Assembly: GCF_004010195.1 (NCBI RefSeq)
Contig: NC_057711.1
Span: 27,663,566-27,727,565, forward strand
Length of the DNA stretch: 64,000 bases
Reading direction: 5' to 3'
DNA from: Chiloscyllium plagiosum
Lineage: Eukaryota
The notes beneath the pieces were generated by a model. The model was not told where the DNA came from and did no database searches. It saw only the letters and a program-made list of their open reading frames with translations. Shown here in pieces: positions 49,373 to 62,949 of the stretch (the stretch's first letter is position 1; the number at the start of each line of letters is the position of its first letter). Both the position numbers and the translations under genes were made by a program.

Positions 49373-50228
49373 AGAGGGTGGTGGTGGAGGGTTGTTTTTC
49401 AGACTGGAGGCCTGTGACCAGTAGAGTGCCACAAGGATTGGTGCTGGGTCCTCTACTTTTTGTCATTTCCATAAATGATTTTGATGCGAGCATAAGAGGT
49501 ACAGTTAGTAAGTGTGCAGATGACACCAAAATTGGAGGTGTAGTGGACAGCGAAGAGGGTTACCTCAAATTACAACAGGATCTGGACCAGATGGGCCAAT
49601 GGGCTGAGAAGTGGCAGATGGAGTTTAATTCAGATAAATGCGAGGTGCTGCATTTTGGGAAAGCAAATCTTAGCAGGACTTCTACACTTAATGGTAAGGT
49701 CCTAGGGAGTGGTGCTGAACAAAGAGACCTTGGAGTGCAGGTTCATAGCTCCTTGAAAGTGGAGTCACAGGTAGATAGGATAGTGAAGAAGGCGTTTGGT
49801 ATGCTTTCCTTTATTGGTCAAAGTATTGAGTACAGGAGTTGGGAGGTCATGTTGCAGCTGTACAGGACATTGATTAGGCCACTGTTGGAATATTGCGTAC
49901 AATTCTGGTCTCCTTCCTATGAGAAAGATGTAGTGAAACATGAAAGGGTTCAGAAAAGATTTGAGGATGTTGCCAGGGTTGGAGAATTTGAGCTATAGGG
50001 AGGGGCTGAACAGGCTTGGGGCTGTTTTCCCTGGAGCGTCGGAGGCTGAGGAGTGACCTTGTAGAGGTTTACAAAATGATGAGGGGCATGGATAGGGTAA
50101 AGAGACAAATCCTTTTCCCTGGGGCCAGGGAGTCCAGAACTAGAGGGTATCGGTTTAGGGTGAGAGGGGAAAGATGTAAAAGAGACAACTTTTTCATGCA
50201 GAGGACGGTACATGTATAGAATGAGCTA
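49373..50228 (+). mobile_element. CR1 LINE RT C-terminal fragment
   Basis: VPQGLVLGPLLF, SKCADDTK, WQMEFNSDKCEVLHFG, RPLLEYCVQFWSP. Confidence 0.95.
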
Positions 50229-52220
50229 TGATGGTACCATATGTGTTTGCATGTATGTGTATTTTTCTATGTAGGTGGGGTATCAATGGTAGAACCTGGG
50301 TTTTGGTATGGGGCTTGATTTGAAAGTTCCATCATAATTATAAAATGGGAAATAGATGTTTTGTAGCAAGAGGACTTCTGCTTAAAGTTCGAAATAAGGA
50401 AATGTTAGCAAAAACAGCTTGTTGTTGCATTGCACTTTTAAAATATTGCAAATGTCCTAGGGCACTTTTGCAAGAAAATACGCAGTTTGACACCAAGCTT
50501 CATAACATGATATTGCAATAATGGCCTGAATCTTGAAATTACATTTGCTTGGTACAGAGAATGAGAAAGATAAATAAATGTCTCTGAGAGATTTTTAATG
50601 GCCCTTGACCAACGGTCCAGAGTAATGGACAGGCCAAGTTGTGATTTGATGATGGTAGCCACACAGCTTCCGTGAGCATCTTGAAAGATGAAGAAAATGA
50701 GTGTCCCGTTTTTCCTGTCTGACAGGCTTAAAGTGATGATTCCACACATGTGGTATTGCCAATGTTGTAAAATGGTAGTGTTCTGAACATATATTTTACC
50801 CATGTAATCTAACATCGGGTGAACCTCTTCAAAGCTGCTGTGCTGTCCCTCTTTAAAGCCAAAGTGTCTCCGCTTTGCCAATGTTCCTTATTTCAGTTAT
50901 TTGAGACCAGAGATTTGCCTGATGGTTCTTGGCATCACCTCCCCGCTTAAATGTTTCCCTTAGATTTGGGTAACCAAAATTGAGTAAGACTTTCGGTTCA
51001 CATTCTCCTTGTTCCCACTGAAACAGAACTGACTGTAGAAATGTGCCTATAATTAAGCTTTATTTCCGCTTCAAGATTTAAGCACTAAAACTTTTCACCC
51101 ACCCAGCTTTCTTTCGGCATCATTATCTTTTCCTTTATGATCGTTAGTGTACATGTTTCTCTTAGGATTTAGGCAGAGATTAGACATCAAATGATGCATT
51201 TGCATTTTAACTTTTTGTCCTAGAAAAACACTAAATCACTTGTAGAGATGACTTGATATGTTTCAAGTGGGTGCATGTAATAGTTTAAATAAAAGAAGTT
51301 AATCACTCAGCTCTGTAAAATTTACTTTTTGATTCTTCCTGCATTGCAAAATGGTTTCCATGTGTCAAAAGAAAAACACGGCAAATGCAAAATACTATGG
51401 GTACTGGAAATTTCAAAGGAAAAGATGGAAGCTCTCAAGTCTGGCAGCATTTGAGGAGAGAGAAAGAGTTAAAGTTGAAGATTGGAGACTTGTTCAAGCT
51501 CTTGAGTATTTTCTACCTTTTATTAAGGAAAATAAAGCAATGTCTAATTACCAAAAGATGCTAATTCTGAGATTTGGCTCATGAAGATGCTCGAAACTTC
51601 ACATTTCCAACGAATGTGCATAATGTTTGCAACACTCAAGTTACAAAAATAGTGGTGTTGATAATCCTACAAAGTTCTAAGAAAATCTATTACTCATCAG
51701 TAATTTCCCATAGAATTGAAGAATCAAGGATAATTTTTTTTTCATCTGATGTTTTCTGGTACCCCTGGAGATGGTGACTATCAAGATGAATATTTTCATA
51801 TCCATTTTGCTGTTTAATAGGCAGATAAAGGGAAATTTTAATTCTTTCTGTTTTGGCCTTTCAACGAAGAACTGCTTCCACTGGTTGCTTGTTGAGGATA
51901 CACTGACAATCTGATGCCTGAAGGCAAGAATCTTGATTACAGAAGAAACTTGGTTAAAATCATCAAAGTTGGACAAAACATAGATTAGTAATTGATGCCG
52001 ACTATAGGCAAGAGTATATTGTTTTATATAGTACAAAACCTGTGCATATGTACTTCAGATAGTAGAACCCCTGGCCTGTGAATACAACACTGGTAAACTA
52101 CTGGAATCCTAATGTGTGTCCTGGTTAGTCTTCTATGTGGGAGAAAAGCATACAGATAGACTCCTCCAGAAGTGAAAGGAATGCTCTATTCTTGAATATT
52201 ATTCTAGACTCTACATAATT

Positions 52221-52549
52221 GGGCGGTACGGTGGCACAGTGGTTAGCACTGCTGCCTCACAGCGCCAGAGACCTGGGTTCAATTCCTGCCTCAGGTGACT
52301 GACTGTGTGGAGTTTGCACGTTCTCCCCGTGTCTGCGTGGGTTTCCTCCGGGTGCTCCGGTTTCCTCCCAGAGTCCAAAGATGTGCAGGTCAGGTGAATT
52401 GGCCATGCTAAATTGCCCGCAGTGTTAGGTGTTAGGTATAGGGGTAAAATGTAGGGGTATGGGTGGGTTGCGCTTCGGAGGGTCGTTGTGGACTTGTTGG
52501 GCCAACGGGCCTGTTTCCACACTGTAATGTAATCTAATCTAATCTAATT
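52221..52549 (+). mobile_element. Full-length HE1-type V-SINE
   Basis: gggcgg start, A/B boxes, V-domain, (TCTAA)n tail, taatt at both ends. Confidence 0.95.
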
Positions 52550-54467
52550 ACAGAAAACAAAGTGCTGGAGCTCACAGCTGGTCAGGCAGTATCCATGGGG
52601 AGAAAGTTTATAACATTTTGAGCCGAGATCACTCTTCAGGTTCCTCTTAATCCTTTCCACCCACCCACTGCTCCCCTCCTTTCACAGCCCACATGTTTCA
52701 CTCGCAGGCCCTCCAGATTAACACACTCTGAATGTGTTATTTGTCACTGTCAAATTACTTGCTTTCATTATTTGTCCTGATTTGGATGACTGCTACAGTT
52801 TCTCTAAATGGATCTCAGGTTGCATGTGGCTTTAGCTGAGTTCATTTTCACTTGAGATTTTTTGCTCTGTTTTTTGCTCTGTGCCCTTCAGAAGGATTGC
52901 AAGGAAAACGGCTGTTTCTTATCCCAGATGCAGAATAACTTGCTGTATGTTTTATTATAATATTTCTGCCCTTGGTAGGTAAAGTTAATCAACTAGATCC
53001 TGTTGGATAATGATCAGGTGAAAAATTGCCTTGAAAAAGATGTAATTCTCATTCAGAAGTTAACCATGTGACTACCTATTTAAAAATTAAGATAAATAAA
53101 CTTCCTCTATAAAATGTAAATGCATTGGAATAAAAGCTTTATGACACCATATTTTATATTATAAAATCTCCTTTGTAATTTTAATGAGGCTTTTTAGACT
53201 ACACATCAATTCATAACTGAGCAATCCAAAAGGATCATTAATTGGTTAGCAAGAAAATCTGTTTAGGTTTTAATTATGTCCAGCATTCATTTCTAGTTTG
53301 TGCTAAAATTCAGCATAATGTTTGAGGGCTCAAGGATGTTGTAATTGTGATGACCTTCATTGTTTCAATTCAACATTTAAACCATTCAACTGATGCTATT
53401 ATTTGTGTTATCTTTCCTACTTCAGTATATGTTGATAATGAAAGACTACATATATTTGGATGGATGATCAATTTTTCAATGTATAATTTGCACATCTATT
53501 TAAAGGTATACTGTGTACATACTAAGGAAGCTATTTAAAATTTGTAATTACAAGCTCACTCCAGGTAATCAGGAGGGTGGAACACTGGAGATTAATCTTC
53601 ATGTTCAGAAGGTAAGCCAGTTGCTGATCTGAAATAAAGTGCTGCATTGACAGGAAGTACTTAGTGGTGAATATTTTTACAGCACGTTAAAATACCTAAC
53701 AAATTAACAGAGCAGAAATGGGCTGAATATGGCATGTGTTCCAATGATTTGTTTATACTGTTCACGGTAACAAGCATGAATGTAATTTTTACCCTTCATT
53801 AAGGGTGGCAACTCAGCACTTCAGGGGGAGAAAAAACAACTGCCTATAATGCCCTGTATCCATTTCCACTTGTATCTGGTTAGACTGTTAAAACAAACTT
53901 GTCATAGCTCATTTATTTTTTTAGATGTGGTTTGGTCTCAGTGCTATATATCAATATTGAGAAAGATAGGCTTTGACTAATGAATAGAGTGCTGATCTCT
54001 TAATTACTTGCATATACATTTGTGGGTGTAAACATTTGAAACTTTAACCCAGTTTTGAGTCAATGGCTGACTTTCAGATTTAACATTGCTCCATTCCCCA
54101 AATGAAGATGAGAAAAGTGTCTTTTTTCAGATGTGACTTTTAACCTTTGATAGTCTTTGCTGCTGAGCATCCCAGCTAGTATATTGTTTGAAAATAAAAG
54201 TTAACTTGAAAGCCAAAGGTGAAAGTTAGATCTTTTACTTCTGCCTTGGAGTTTTTGGAACATTGCTATGAGTTGAATTTATGTACATAAGCTTTATCCT
54301 TTTTGAACCAATTCACCAAACTTCCAGCCATGCCCTTGGTCCAAGCTCATGGAGCTCTTTCAGTTTATTTATAATATATGACTTGTCTACATGTTTGTAG
54401 CATTTTAATCCAAATTACTCTCAATATCAACTTTAAATTGAATGAATGGTTTTGCACTCCTCCACAG

Positions 54468-54512
54468 AGCTACAATCCATTTGATTACTCAACCCTTCAG
54501 CTAATTAAACAG
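54468..54512 (+). CDS. Candidate 45-nt in-frame coding exon (SYNPFDYSTLQLIKQ), host gene unknown
   Basis: tttgcactcctccacAG acceptor, CAG|GTAAAT donor, length 3n, only phase 0 is open, non-repetitive sequence. Confidence 0.5.
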
Positions 54513-54949
54513 GTAAATAAAGTGTGTTTAATGTTGAGAATTGTAGCATTTTGCCACCACCTTCTCGAGGGCAACTAGAAATGGGCAATAAATGCTGGTT
54601 CAGCCATTGATGACCACATTCCATTTAAAAAAAAAGTCAATACAGGTTGGGTTGGTAACAATTGAAATATGTAAAAGATGCATGACTGATACAAATGTAG
54701 TAATTTAGCTCTACCTCCAACACAGTAATAATTCATCACAAGTCACGACACAGGAGTGCTAAGGTTTGACAATGAGCTGTTAAGGACATCCTTGGAGACA
54801 ATTATGGAATCATACAGTAAGGGCTGTTGTGGCAGTGTGGTAGTCTCCCAGCAGGCCTGGGCTCAGTTCCTGGCTGCTCCAGAAGTGTATAATAACATTT
54901 CTGAATGGGTTGTTTAGAAACAAGAATCATACAGTACAGAAGAATGATA

Positions 54950-55232
54950 GCTCAGTGATTAGCAGAACTGCCTGTCAGCACCAGGGGAAGCCAGGTTTGA
55001 TTCCACCCTTTGTGGAGTTTGCAGACTCTCCTAGTGTCTGTAGGGGTTTCCTCCTCTGGTTGATGTGGTTTCTTCTCCCAGTCCAAAAATGTGCAGGGTA
55101 AATGGATTAGCCATGCGAAATGCAGAGTTACAGGGATATGGTAGAGAGGTGGATCTGGATGGGATGCTCTCTGAAAGGTCAGTGTAGACTTAATGGGTTG
55201 AATAGCCTACTACCACACTAATCACGATTCTG
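54950..55232 (+). mobile_element. Degenerate HE1-type SINE
   Basis: Decayed head and V-domain tgtggagtttgcagactctcc. Confidence 0.75.
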
Positions 55233-56559
55233 TGATTTGTAAGATCCTTCACCCTATTAAGTCTGTACTGCCAAAGATACACTAAATCTACACTCTTCCC
55301 ACCCCCACTCCCCCCAATACAAGGCCCACGGTTCTTAATTTTATGCCATTTCAAGTGTTTTGAATACTTTGTAAAGCTTGAGATTGCCTGGAAAGAAGTA
55401 AGCCTTTGGAAGGGGATGATACCCAAATCTCCTGCAAAATATTATACCTCTGGCTGATTTGTATCCTTTCATTGCTGTACTGAGGTTTTAGATTAGGTTA
55501 TTATGTATATACAAGTCATTAGAGTGGGCTTGAATCTGTATTCTGCTTACTTTGAGGGAATAGTGCCACTGTTGAGCAAAGGCTGGCAGCTATGCAAGAT
55601 GATGGGATGAGACCGGGACAGTGTGATTAATTTTGAATTGTTCGATGGGCAAAATGTCAGCCTAATGTGCTGTAAGGTACAATGCTTTTCCTATTTATTT
55701 CACATATACTTTGAAAGCTACTATCCTAGTTTTCAGTGCACCAAATGCTAAGACATGCTAGCTTTGCCACTTTCATATCAGTTGAATTCAGTTTCTGCTT
55801 TATAAATGTCAACAGCTCTGTTGACTTTAATTGAGACAGGACATGATTTGATCACTCAACTGTTGAGGGGGAATAAATTGTACAATGCAGAACATTCTAA
55901 ACTGTTTGCCAAGCTGCGTGGTGCCTGGTGCTCATTTTCATTTTACATCTCTCCCACAGCAAACAAATTAAATACAATTCATTGAGACTTTCCATTGCTG
56001 CTTTTAACCAGTGTTGACTGGGAGTTCCAGTTCAGTTTTGATGACTGGAATTAACACTCTGTGCTACACTTTCCACTGTTCTGTAACTCAAACCAGAATG
56101 TGGGTCAAAACACTGTCCAACTACCTTAATGAACTGTGCACCAGACATAGGAGAAAAATAATCATAATGTGTACTGTTTGCACTAACTTGGTTTTATTTC
56201 ATTTGGTTTGTTAGCAATCAGGTGAGAATTAATTGGCATCTTTTTCATTTAAAATAATTTCTGGAGCCAATTTACCATAAACTTTGGTGAAACATGAGAT
56301 TTGTACCTGCATAATATTTTCCCCAATTGTTTTAAATGATGCACCTTTAATTACAGACTGTTACACCATTTCTACTGTGCAAAGACTGAAATTGTTATCT
56401 TCAGGCCTCTTCACAAACCCAATTTTCTCGATCAATTCAATTCTTATCCTGGATTTAGTGTCTTAAGCTGAGCCAAACTGCTCATGATAGCATCCTGTTT
56501 GGTGTGGGAGTTAGCTTTCAACGCCATATCCAGTTTCACAGCTATCTACTTGTATCTAT

Positions 56560-57010
56560 GTAAAATTTGTCTATTTCTGCCATTGCCTCAGCTCATCTGT
56601 AACAACCCTCATTCATGTCAGTTTTATTTCTGGACATGACTATTCTGGTGTTCCTTTGCATAAATTTAATGAAAGCCTAAAATTTGTAGTCCATATTCCT
56701 CCTCGTCATACTCACCCATTCGCCCTTGCTTTCTCCATTGGCTTCTGATTAGTCAAAATTTTGAATTTAGGAATCTTTGTTTTCACATTCATCCTCGTCT
56801 CTCTAATCTTCTCAAACCCCACAACCCTCCAAGATGTGTATTTCATCAATCTTAGCTTCTTGCAAGTTCTTGTTTTTTTTTGTGTGTGTCACCAACAGCA
56901 GTCTTTCTTCATCTGCTTGTTCCCTAAGTACTGGAATTCTCTTCCCCAAACCTTTCCAACTTTGCCTGTTCTGTTGCCTTCTGTTAAGATGCTCCTTAAA
57001 TATCTGTCTG
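56560..57010 (+). mobile_element. Degenerate L2 LINE 3' fragment
   Basis: accctcattcatg (TLIH), gactattct (DYS), ctccattggctt (LHWL), ctggaattctcttccc (WNSLP) in L2 order. Confidence 0.6.
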
Positions 57011-58904
57011 GCCAAACCTTTTTTTTTTTGCCACTTGTCAGAACACCTACTTGATGTCAAACTTTTTTGGCAACACTCCTGTTGAATCGCCTTTTGGAGG
57101 TATCATGATGTTGAAGATGCTATTTAAATGTAAGCAGTTGTTGCAACTAACAACTGCTGCAGTTGTGGTAGTGGGTTACATGGGGATGACTCGTTACTAC
57201 TTGTGCTAAGAGTGTGAATGTCGTTTCCAAAGGAGGGTATTCGTTTGTAGTTGAGTTCTTGTGCGTAAAACAAATGGCCTTTGAAATTTAGAATCCTAGA
57301 AAATAGGAGCAGGAGTTGGCTAATGAGTTCTTCAAACTTGCTTTGCCATTCAACATGATCATGGCTGATCATCCAACTCAGTATCCTGTTACTGCTTTCC
57401 CCCATATACTTTATTCCTTTTAGCCCTAAGAGCTATAGCTAGTGCTGGATTTCATTCATTACACTTTCATATTCTGGTTTTACTGAATTAATTACAAGAA
57501 ATCTTGGAATTCACTGCCAAGTTACAGGGCTTGGAGGATCCTTGCATAGCTCTTTGAGAGCTGGCATTGGGCACAATATCTCCTTTTGGAGTGAGAGGTC
57601 CAAGAAGCAGAAAAGGCTCTTTGGCCCATTGAATCTGCGCTGGTCAAAAACAAGCATCTAACAAGCTTCAGGTTTCCTGTTTTTGTGAAAACATCCTGCC
57701 AAGTTAATCTCAGGTTTATTTTATTAAGAACTCAGTTATAAACAAAATGCAGGGGTCTTTTTTTTTTTGAGCTCACATTTGGTATATCTTCTATTGATTT
57801 GGTTGTGGGGGAAAAAGAAGTTGGCACAAACTAATATCGAGACATCCAGGGTAAGAGAGGTGCCTGAGGGAGGGGCTTGCATGGTATATAGTGTCAGTAT
57901 TTAAATACAACTTGGGAAGCAATCTCAAAAGATTCTGTGTGCCATCAGATTTCTGTCTGTCTGGGTCAAGCTGACCCACCATTGTATATACAGTGTTTTG
58001 GGAGTCTGCTCTAGACTTTTGTTTCTTACTTGAAGTGCTCTTTCATGAGTATATTAGTGGAAAAAAATAAATCTGGAGCATTCATATGACAGACTTGAAG
58101 GATAATGTTATCCATCATAAGCGGACTTCCAGGAATTTACACCAAGTTATCGTCAATTACTCGTTTAAGAGCAGAAATCCAATTTTTGAACGGGGTGTTT
58201 TTGTTTCATTGTTTTGGTTGTGCAGACGCTCTTCCACCATTTAAATTTTGGATGTATTGATATCCCTTTTTATGGCAATTAACAATCAATTTTCAAACAA
58301 TGCATTGTTTATTCAAAGCACAGTAAGGCTTGAAACTCAGGAGGAATTCTTCATTGAGCTAAGACAATAGTAAAGAATATTTGACATTTTTGTCTGACCG
58401 ACTATGGGGTTTAGTCCTAGACACCAGATGTGATAGTTTCCAAGATGAGGCAAACTGGACATGGTTTGTGCGATGGCCAAATCACTACCTTATTTTCATG
58501 AATTTAAATTTGACGCACGTTGTACCTCCCAAATCTTAAATGTTCTGCTCCAGCAATTTCTGTGGTCTGGTATGCATATACTGCTTCTGGTTTTCCATAG
58601 AAAACTTCATATTTCTGGTGTTTTACAGGGAAGCAGGTATTTAATTGCTGTCAAGGTATTTTAAAGCACAACAAACAGCATCATAGACAAGTTGCAATGT
58701 CAAGAAGAACAAAGGAAATTGTAAAGCAGTCCAGATGGTTCTTTTTTAAAACAAGTGTTGCTTTGGAAAGTAATAAGTTGAACACCAGTTTATAAAAAAA
58801 TCCTATGAACCAAAGAACAGGACTGTTTGAATTTGGAATAATTATAAGCTAAGGAAACATCAAACATAAACTGACGAAGTTACTTCTGTGTAAATTCAGC
58901 ATGT

Positions 58905-59412
58905 TCACCAACTTTTGCAGATGCACCGCAGAAAGAATCCTGTCCGGGTGCATAACGGTCTGGTATTGCAACTGTTCTGTCCAGGACTGAAATTACAGAA
59001 CAGCCCAGATTATTACGGAAGTCAACTTCTCTCTATGGACTCCATTTATACCTCTGTCTGTGTTGTGGAAAAGCTGTCAACATCATCAAAGACCCCATCC
59101 ACCCTCATAATGCTCTTCTACAACCTCTTCCATCAGGCAGAAGATACAAAAACTTGAACACAAGCACCAACACGTTCAAGAACAGCTTATTTCTTGCCGT
59201 TATTAGACTGATGAATAACTTTAAACAATGCTGATCTTGTTAATGTTGACCTTGCTTCACATACCACCTGTGCAGTGTAACCTGTGTGCCTCACTCTATC
59301 TAGGCTTCCTGTGATCTGTACATCCTTGCTTACTATGATCTGCTTGTAAAGCTTACAAACAAAGCTTTTCACTGTACTTAGGTACACATGACTACAATAA
59401 ATCAAATCAAAT
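58905..59412 (+). mobile_element. Rex/Babar LINE 3' end
   Basis: TNFCRCTAERILSGCITVWYCNCS motif, tail gcttttcactgtac...aataaatcaaatcaaat. Confidence 0.75.
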
Positions 59413-61772
59413 GTCGTATATTTTAAGGAAGTATAAATGAGCAAAATTTACTAATGTTTGGAACCACAGAGGAATATTTCATTTCTGTTTAAAGGCTATT
59501 GTAAGAATTTTTAATTAGATTGTAAAGTTTCTGCAGGGCTCGTGAACTAGATAATATGGTATCACCGTGTATAAAATAATGTGGGGAAGTGATTGAGGGT
59601 AGATGATAAAGGCAAAAAGGCATGACACCAAGTAGAAATGGTATTTATGTGTGCGATAGTGGGTGTAAGTGTTGATCAGACTACCATGTTGATAAGTTGC
59701 TGTTGAGATGTTTGCATGCTCACTGAGGGACGTTTTAAAGACAACTAAAATTGATAGTTTGACTGCCACCCAAAATCTCAGGACCAGTAGGGAGGATACA
59801 ATAGTACCTTCAAACAGAGTGCAGCTCCCATCCCCCAATACAAATCACATCACCTGAAAGTCAAGAACATCCGACGTAATATTAGGATAGTAGTGTCAGC
59901 GTACAGAAGTGAAGTAGCTAACATTTCTGTGAAGTAGCTGATATGCTGGAGTGCATGACAAAGCAATGCTTCAGAATGGATTTCGCACATGCTTAAATAC
60001 TTGGCAAAATGTTTAATATGGCCTGATAAGCAAGAAGACATTTATTATAAACGATCAAGGCACTGACATGTAATAAATAGAGAAATTGAATATAGGAAGT
60101 GGTAGAATGGAAAGGGGTTAAATTTCAAGTAAAAAGATTTTGGATTGCAACTGTTAAATGCTAAGGATGGAATAATGCTCAGAGAATGATCCACAGGATG
60201 GGTAAAGATGAAGGGAGAGTTTTTTTTTAACTTCACGCATAAAATGTTGCTGTAATTGTAGGTACCTGAATGAAACCAACTTAGAAATGAACAGCACTAT
60301 GTTGATCAGTTAGTCTGTGTGTAATCAAGGAATTAGGGGAATTGTTTTATTTTATAAATAACAAAAAAGTTATTTTAAGAATTGGTTATAAATTGTCATT
60401 AAGATATTCCCTTCTCGAAGGGACACATTGTAAAAAATATTAGATGTTTATTAAATATATTTTGGAATAGGAGTAGAATTAAGTAATTAAGAAATGTTCT
60501 GCATGCCATAAAACCAATTCAGCAGAAAAGTTGTTTGCTTTCTTTCTCTGGAAGTACACAGCCTCTGGCATCATATGGATCACTTGCATCAGACTATCAT
60601 ATTGATTTTGCAACTTGGTCAAGTGGAATCTGGTGTTTAGAGAGAGCAAGAAGGTGTTCTTCACTGAATGTCAACAGACCTTGAGTTGGGCAAAGAGGGA
60701 GGGGACTATCTTGACCTTTTGGTACCTGCCCTGTGTTCATTGGATAGGATGATTCAAAAGGGTGATATTAAAGCATAAACTACCAGCCCTGGAACTTAAG
60801 CATATTAATGAGTGCTCAGAGATGAGAACAGTTCCAGAAGAAAAGGAAGATCTAAGGAAAGAGTTCCCTAATACTTTGGCTAGTGAGCAGGACACTACAG
60901 TGTACACGCACACTGCCTAATGTCTGTTAGGAAGACAATTGGCCAGTGCGACTACAAAGAGTCTGGGACCTGTACAGTACAAAACCAAAGGTTTTTAATT
61001 TGTACGCATGAGGACTGATGCACAATGAACTGAAGTAAGGAAGAGAACATTAATGAATACAGCATGAGAGGAAGATGTTGATTGGTCAGTTTTAGCTGAA
61101 AAATTGGCAGTTAATATTTTCTGCTGCATCTCAAGGCCAAATAAGTTTCAATCAGCACCCTCCCCTCATGTTGGACAAATTGATCTTCCCTGTCTAACTA
61201 TGGTTTCTTGCATGTCAATCCTAATGAGTCCTAATAAAAATTTTCAACTTCATGACTATTTTTAGCTATGTTTTGAACTATTAGACAATCCATACGGTGG
61301 TCAGTCTTTTAGTTAGTGGAAAGTCATTGACACACCATGTTGGCAGATGTCTTGGTAGAAGTAGGTACAAGTGGGACAGGACAACAGAATACAAAAGGAA
61401 GACAGCATATGGAGCGACTTTTACCCTTTAAATGGTATTGGCATAATTATAACTCATTTAGTAAATTTGTACAAGATACGAAGTGCATCTTTATACATTT
61501 TCCTAACTTTCGTCACAACTTACCAGGAATTCACTGTTGCACAGAGGTATAGTAGTCCCTGCAGCTTAAACAATACTCTTTTAAAATACATTCAGACAAA
61601 GCGTAAAACATTATGAACTTCCAACAAAGTTAACTATCTGTAGGTCAAGATATCTATAAGTATCCATAAGTACAGCAAATGAAATGCATAGGAGGAAAGA
61701 TTTTTAAAAATGTGCTGTTTGGACCATACAATTTCTTTGACTTTATTCTGATCATGTACTCTAACATTTTTT

Positions 61773-61917
61773 AGTCAGTGTGGTGCTGGAAAAGCACAGC
61801 AGGAAAATCGATGTTTCGGGCAGAAGCCCTTCATCGGGAATTCCTGATGACCTGCTGTGCTTTTCCAGCACCACACACTTGACTATAATCTCCAGCATCT
61901 GCAGTACTCACTTTTGC
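61773..61917. repeat. Head-to-head palindromic PLE mini-element centred on GAATTC
   Basis: gtgtggtgctggaaaagcacagcagg ... tcatcgggaattcctgatga ... cctgctgtgcttttccagcaccacac, tail on the right only. Confidence 0.85.
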
Positions 61918-62460
61918 AATTATTTAGTACAGCCCTTATAAATTAGATACTGCTAATGTGTGTCTGATTGGTTATCATTAACTGTAGCTTCATTTACTCT
62001 GGAATATGCTTTCCTTGTTATTTTTTCATTCATTGGTATTTTGTATGCTAGTTATGAAAGTTTGACAATGTGGGCTGTATACTGTGTAGCGGCTCTGACA
62101 GTTGGCCTGTTAGAGCTCTTTGAAAAGTCTCAATGATTATTGTTTTAAGTACTCTATCCATCTATGATGCAAATTGAACAAAAATATTTAAGATTTTTTA
62201 AACCTACCTTACTGGCAGACTGCTTTGTGACAATGGGGAACATCCCAGAGAAACTCCATTTGAATAGAACTGTAATTTTGAACTTGCTTGGAGAGACAGT
62301 GACCCTGCAATCACATTGTCTCCACATGTTGAGGAGTGGGAAATCTTTCAAAGAAAGGAGTACATGTTGGCTTCAGTCGTTCATTTAGGAGTGACACATT
62401 AGACTTGTTAAGTAGCAAAAGAAAATAGTTAGTTATTTTGTCCTGTATTTTCGTCAAGAT

Positions 62461-62808
62461 ATGGTGCCTCAGTGGTTAGCACTGCTGTCTCACAGCACCA
62501 GGGATCTGGGTTCGATTCCACCCATGGCCAATTGTGTGGAGTTTGTATGTTCTCCCTGTATCCATGTGGGTTTCCTCTGGGTGCTTCGGTTTCCTCCCAC
62601 AGTCCAATGATGTGCAGGTTACATGGATTGGCCATGTTAAATTGCCCCAGAGTGTCCAGGGATGTGCAGACTTGGTGGATTAGCTATGGGAAATGCAGAG
62701 ATATGGCGATAGAGTAGGGTAGCGAGGTGGATCTAGATGGGATACTGTTGGGAGGGTCAGTTTATACTCATTGGGCTGAATGGCCTGCTTCCATACTGTA
62801 AGGATTCC
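62461..62808 (+). mobile_element. HE1-type V-SINE
   Basis: A/B boxes (ggttcgattcc), V-domain, CR1-like tail. Confidence 0.88.
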
Positions 62809-62949
62809 AGTCCTGTAACATTTCCTTTCTTCAAATAATCTGGAAACACTAATTTTGTTAATTTGTTTTCTGTTCTCTCGCTGGGATGTGAGCATTACTT
62901 GCAAGGCCAGCCTTGGTAAGTGGTGAACGTTCCATCACAAACATTACTC

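Noticed and set aside
52221-52295. tRNA gene-like sequences here and at 11260, 19401, 28403, 62461
   Set aside because: They are SINE heads, not tRNA genes; most continue into the V-domain
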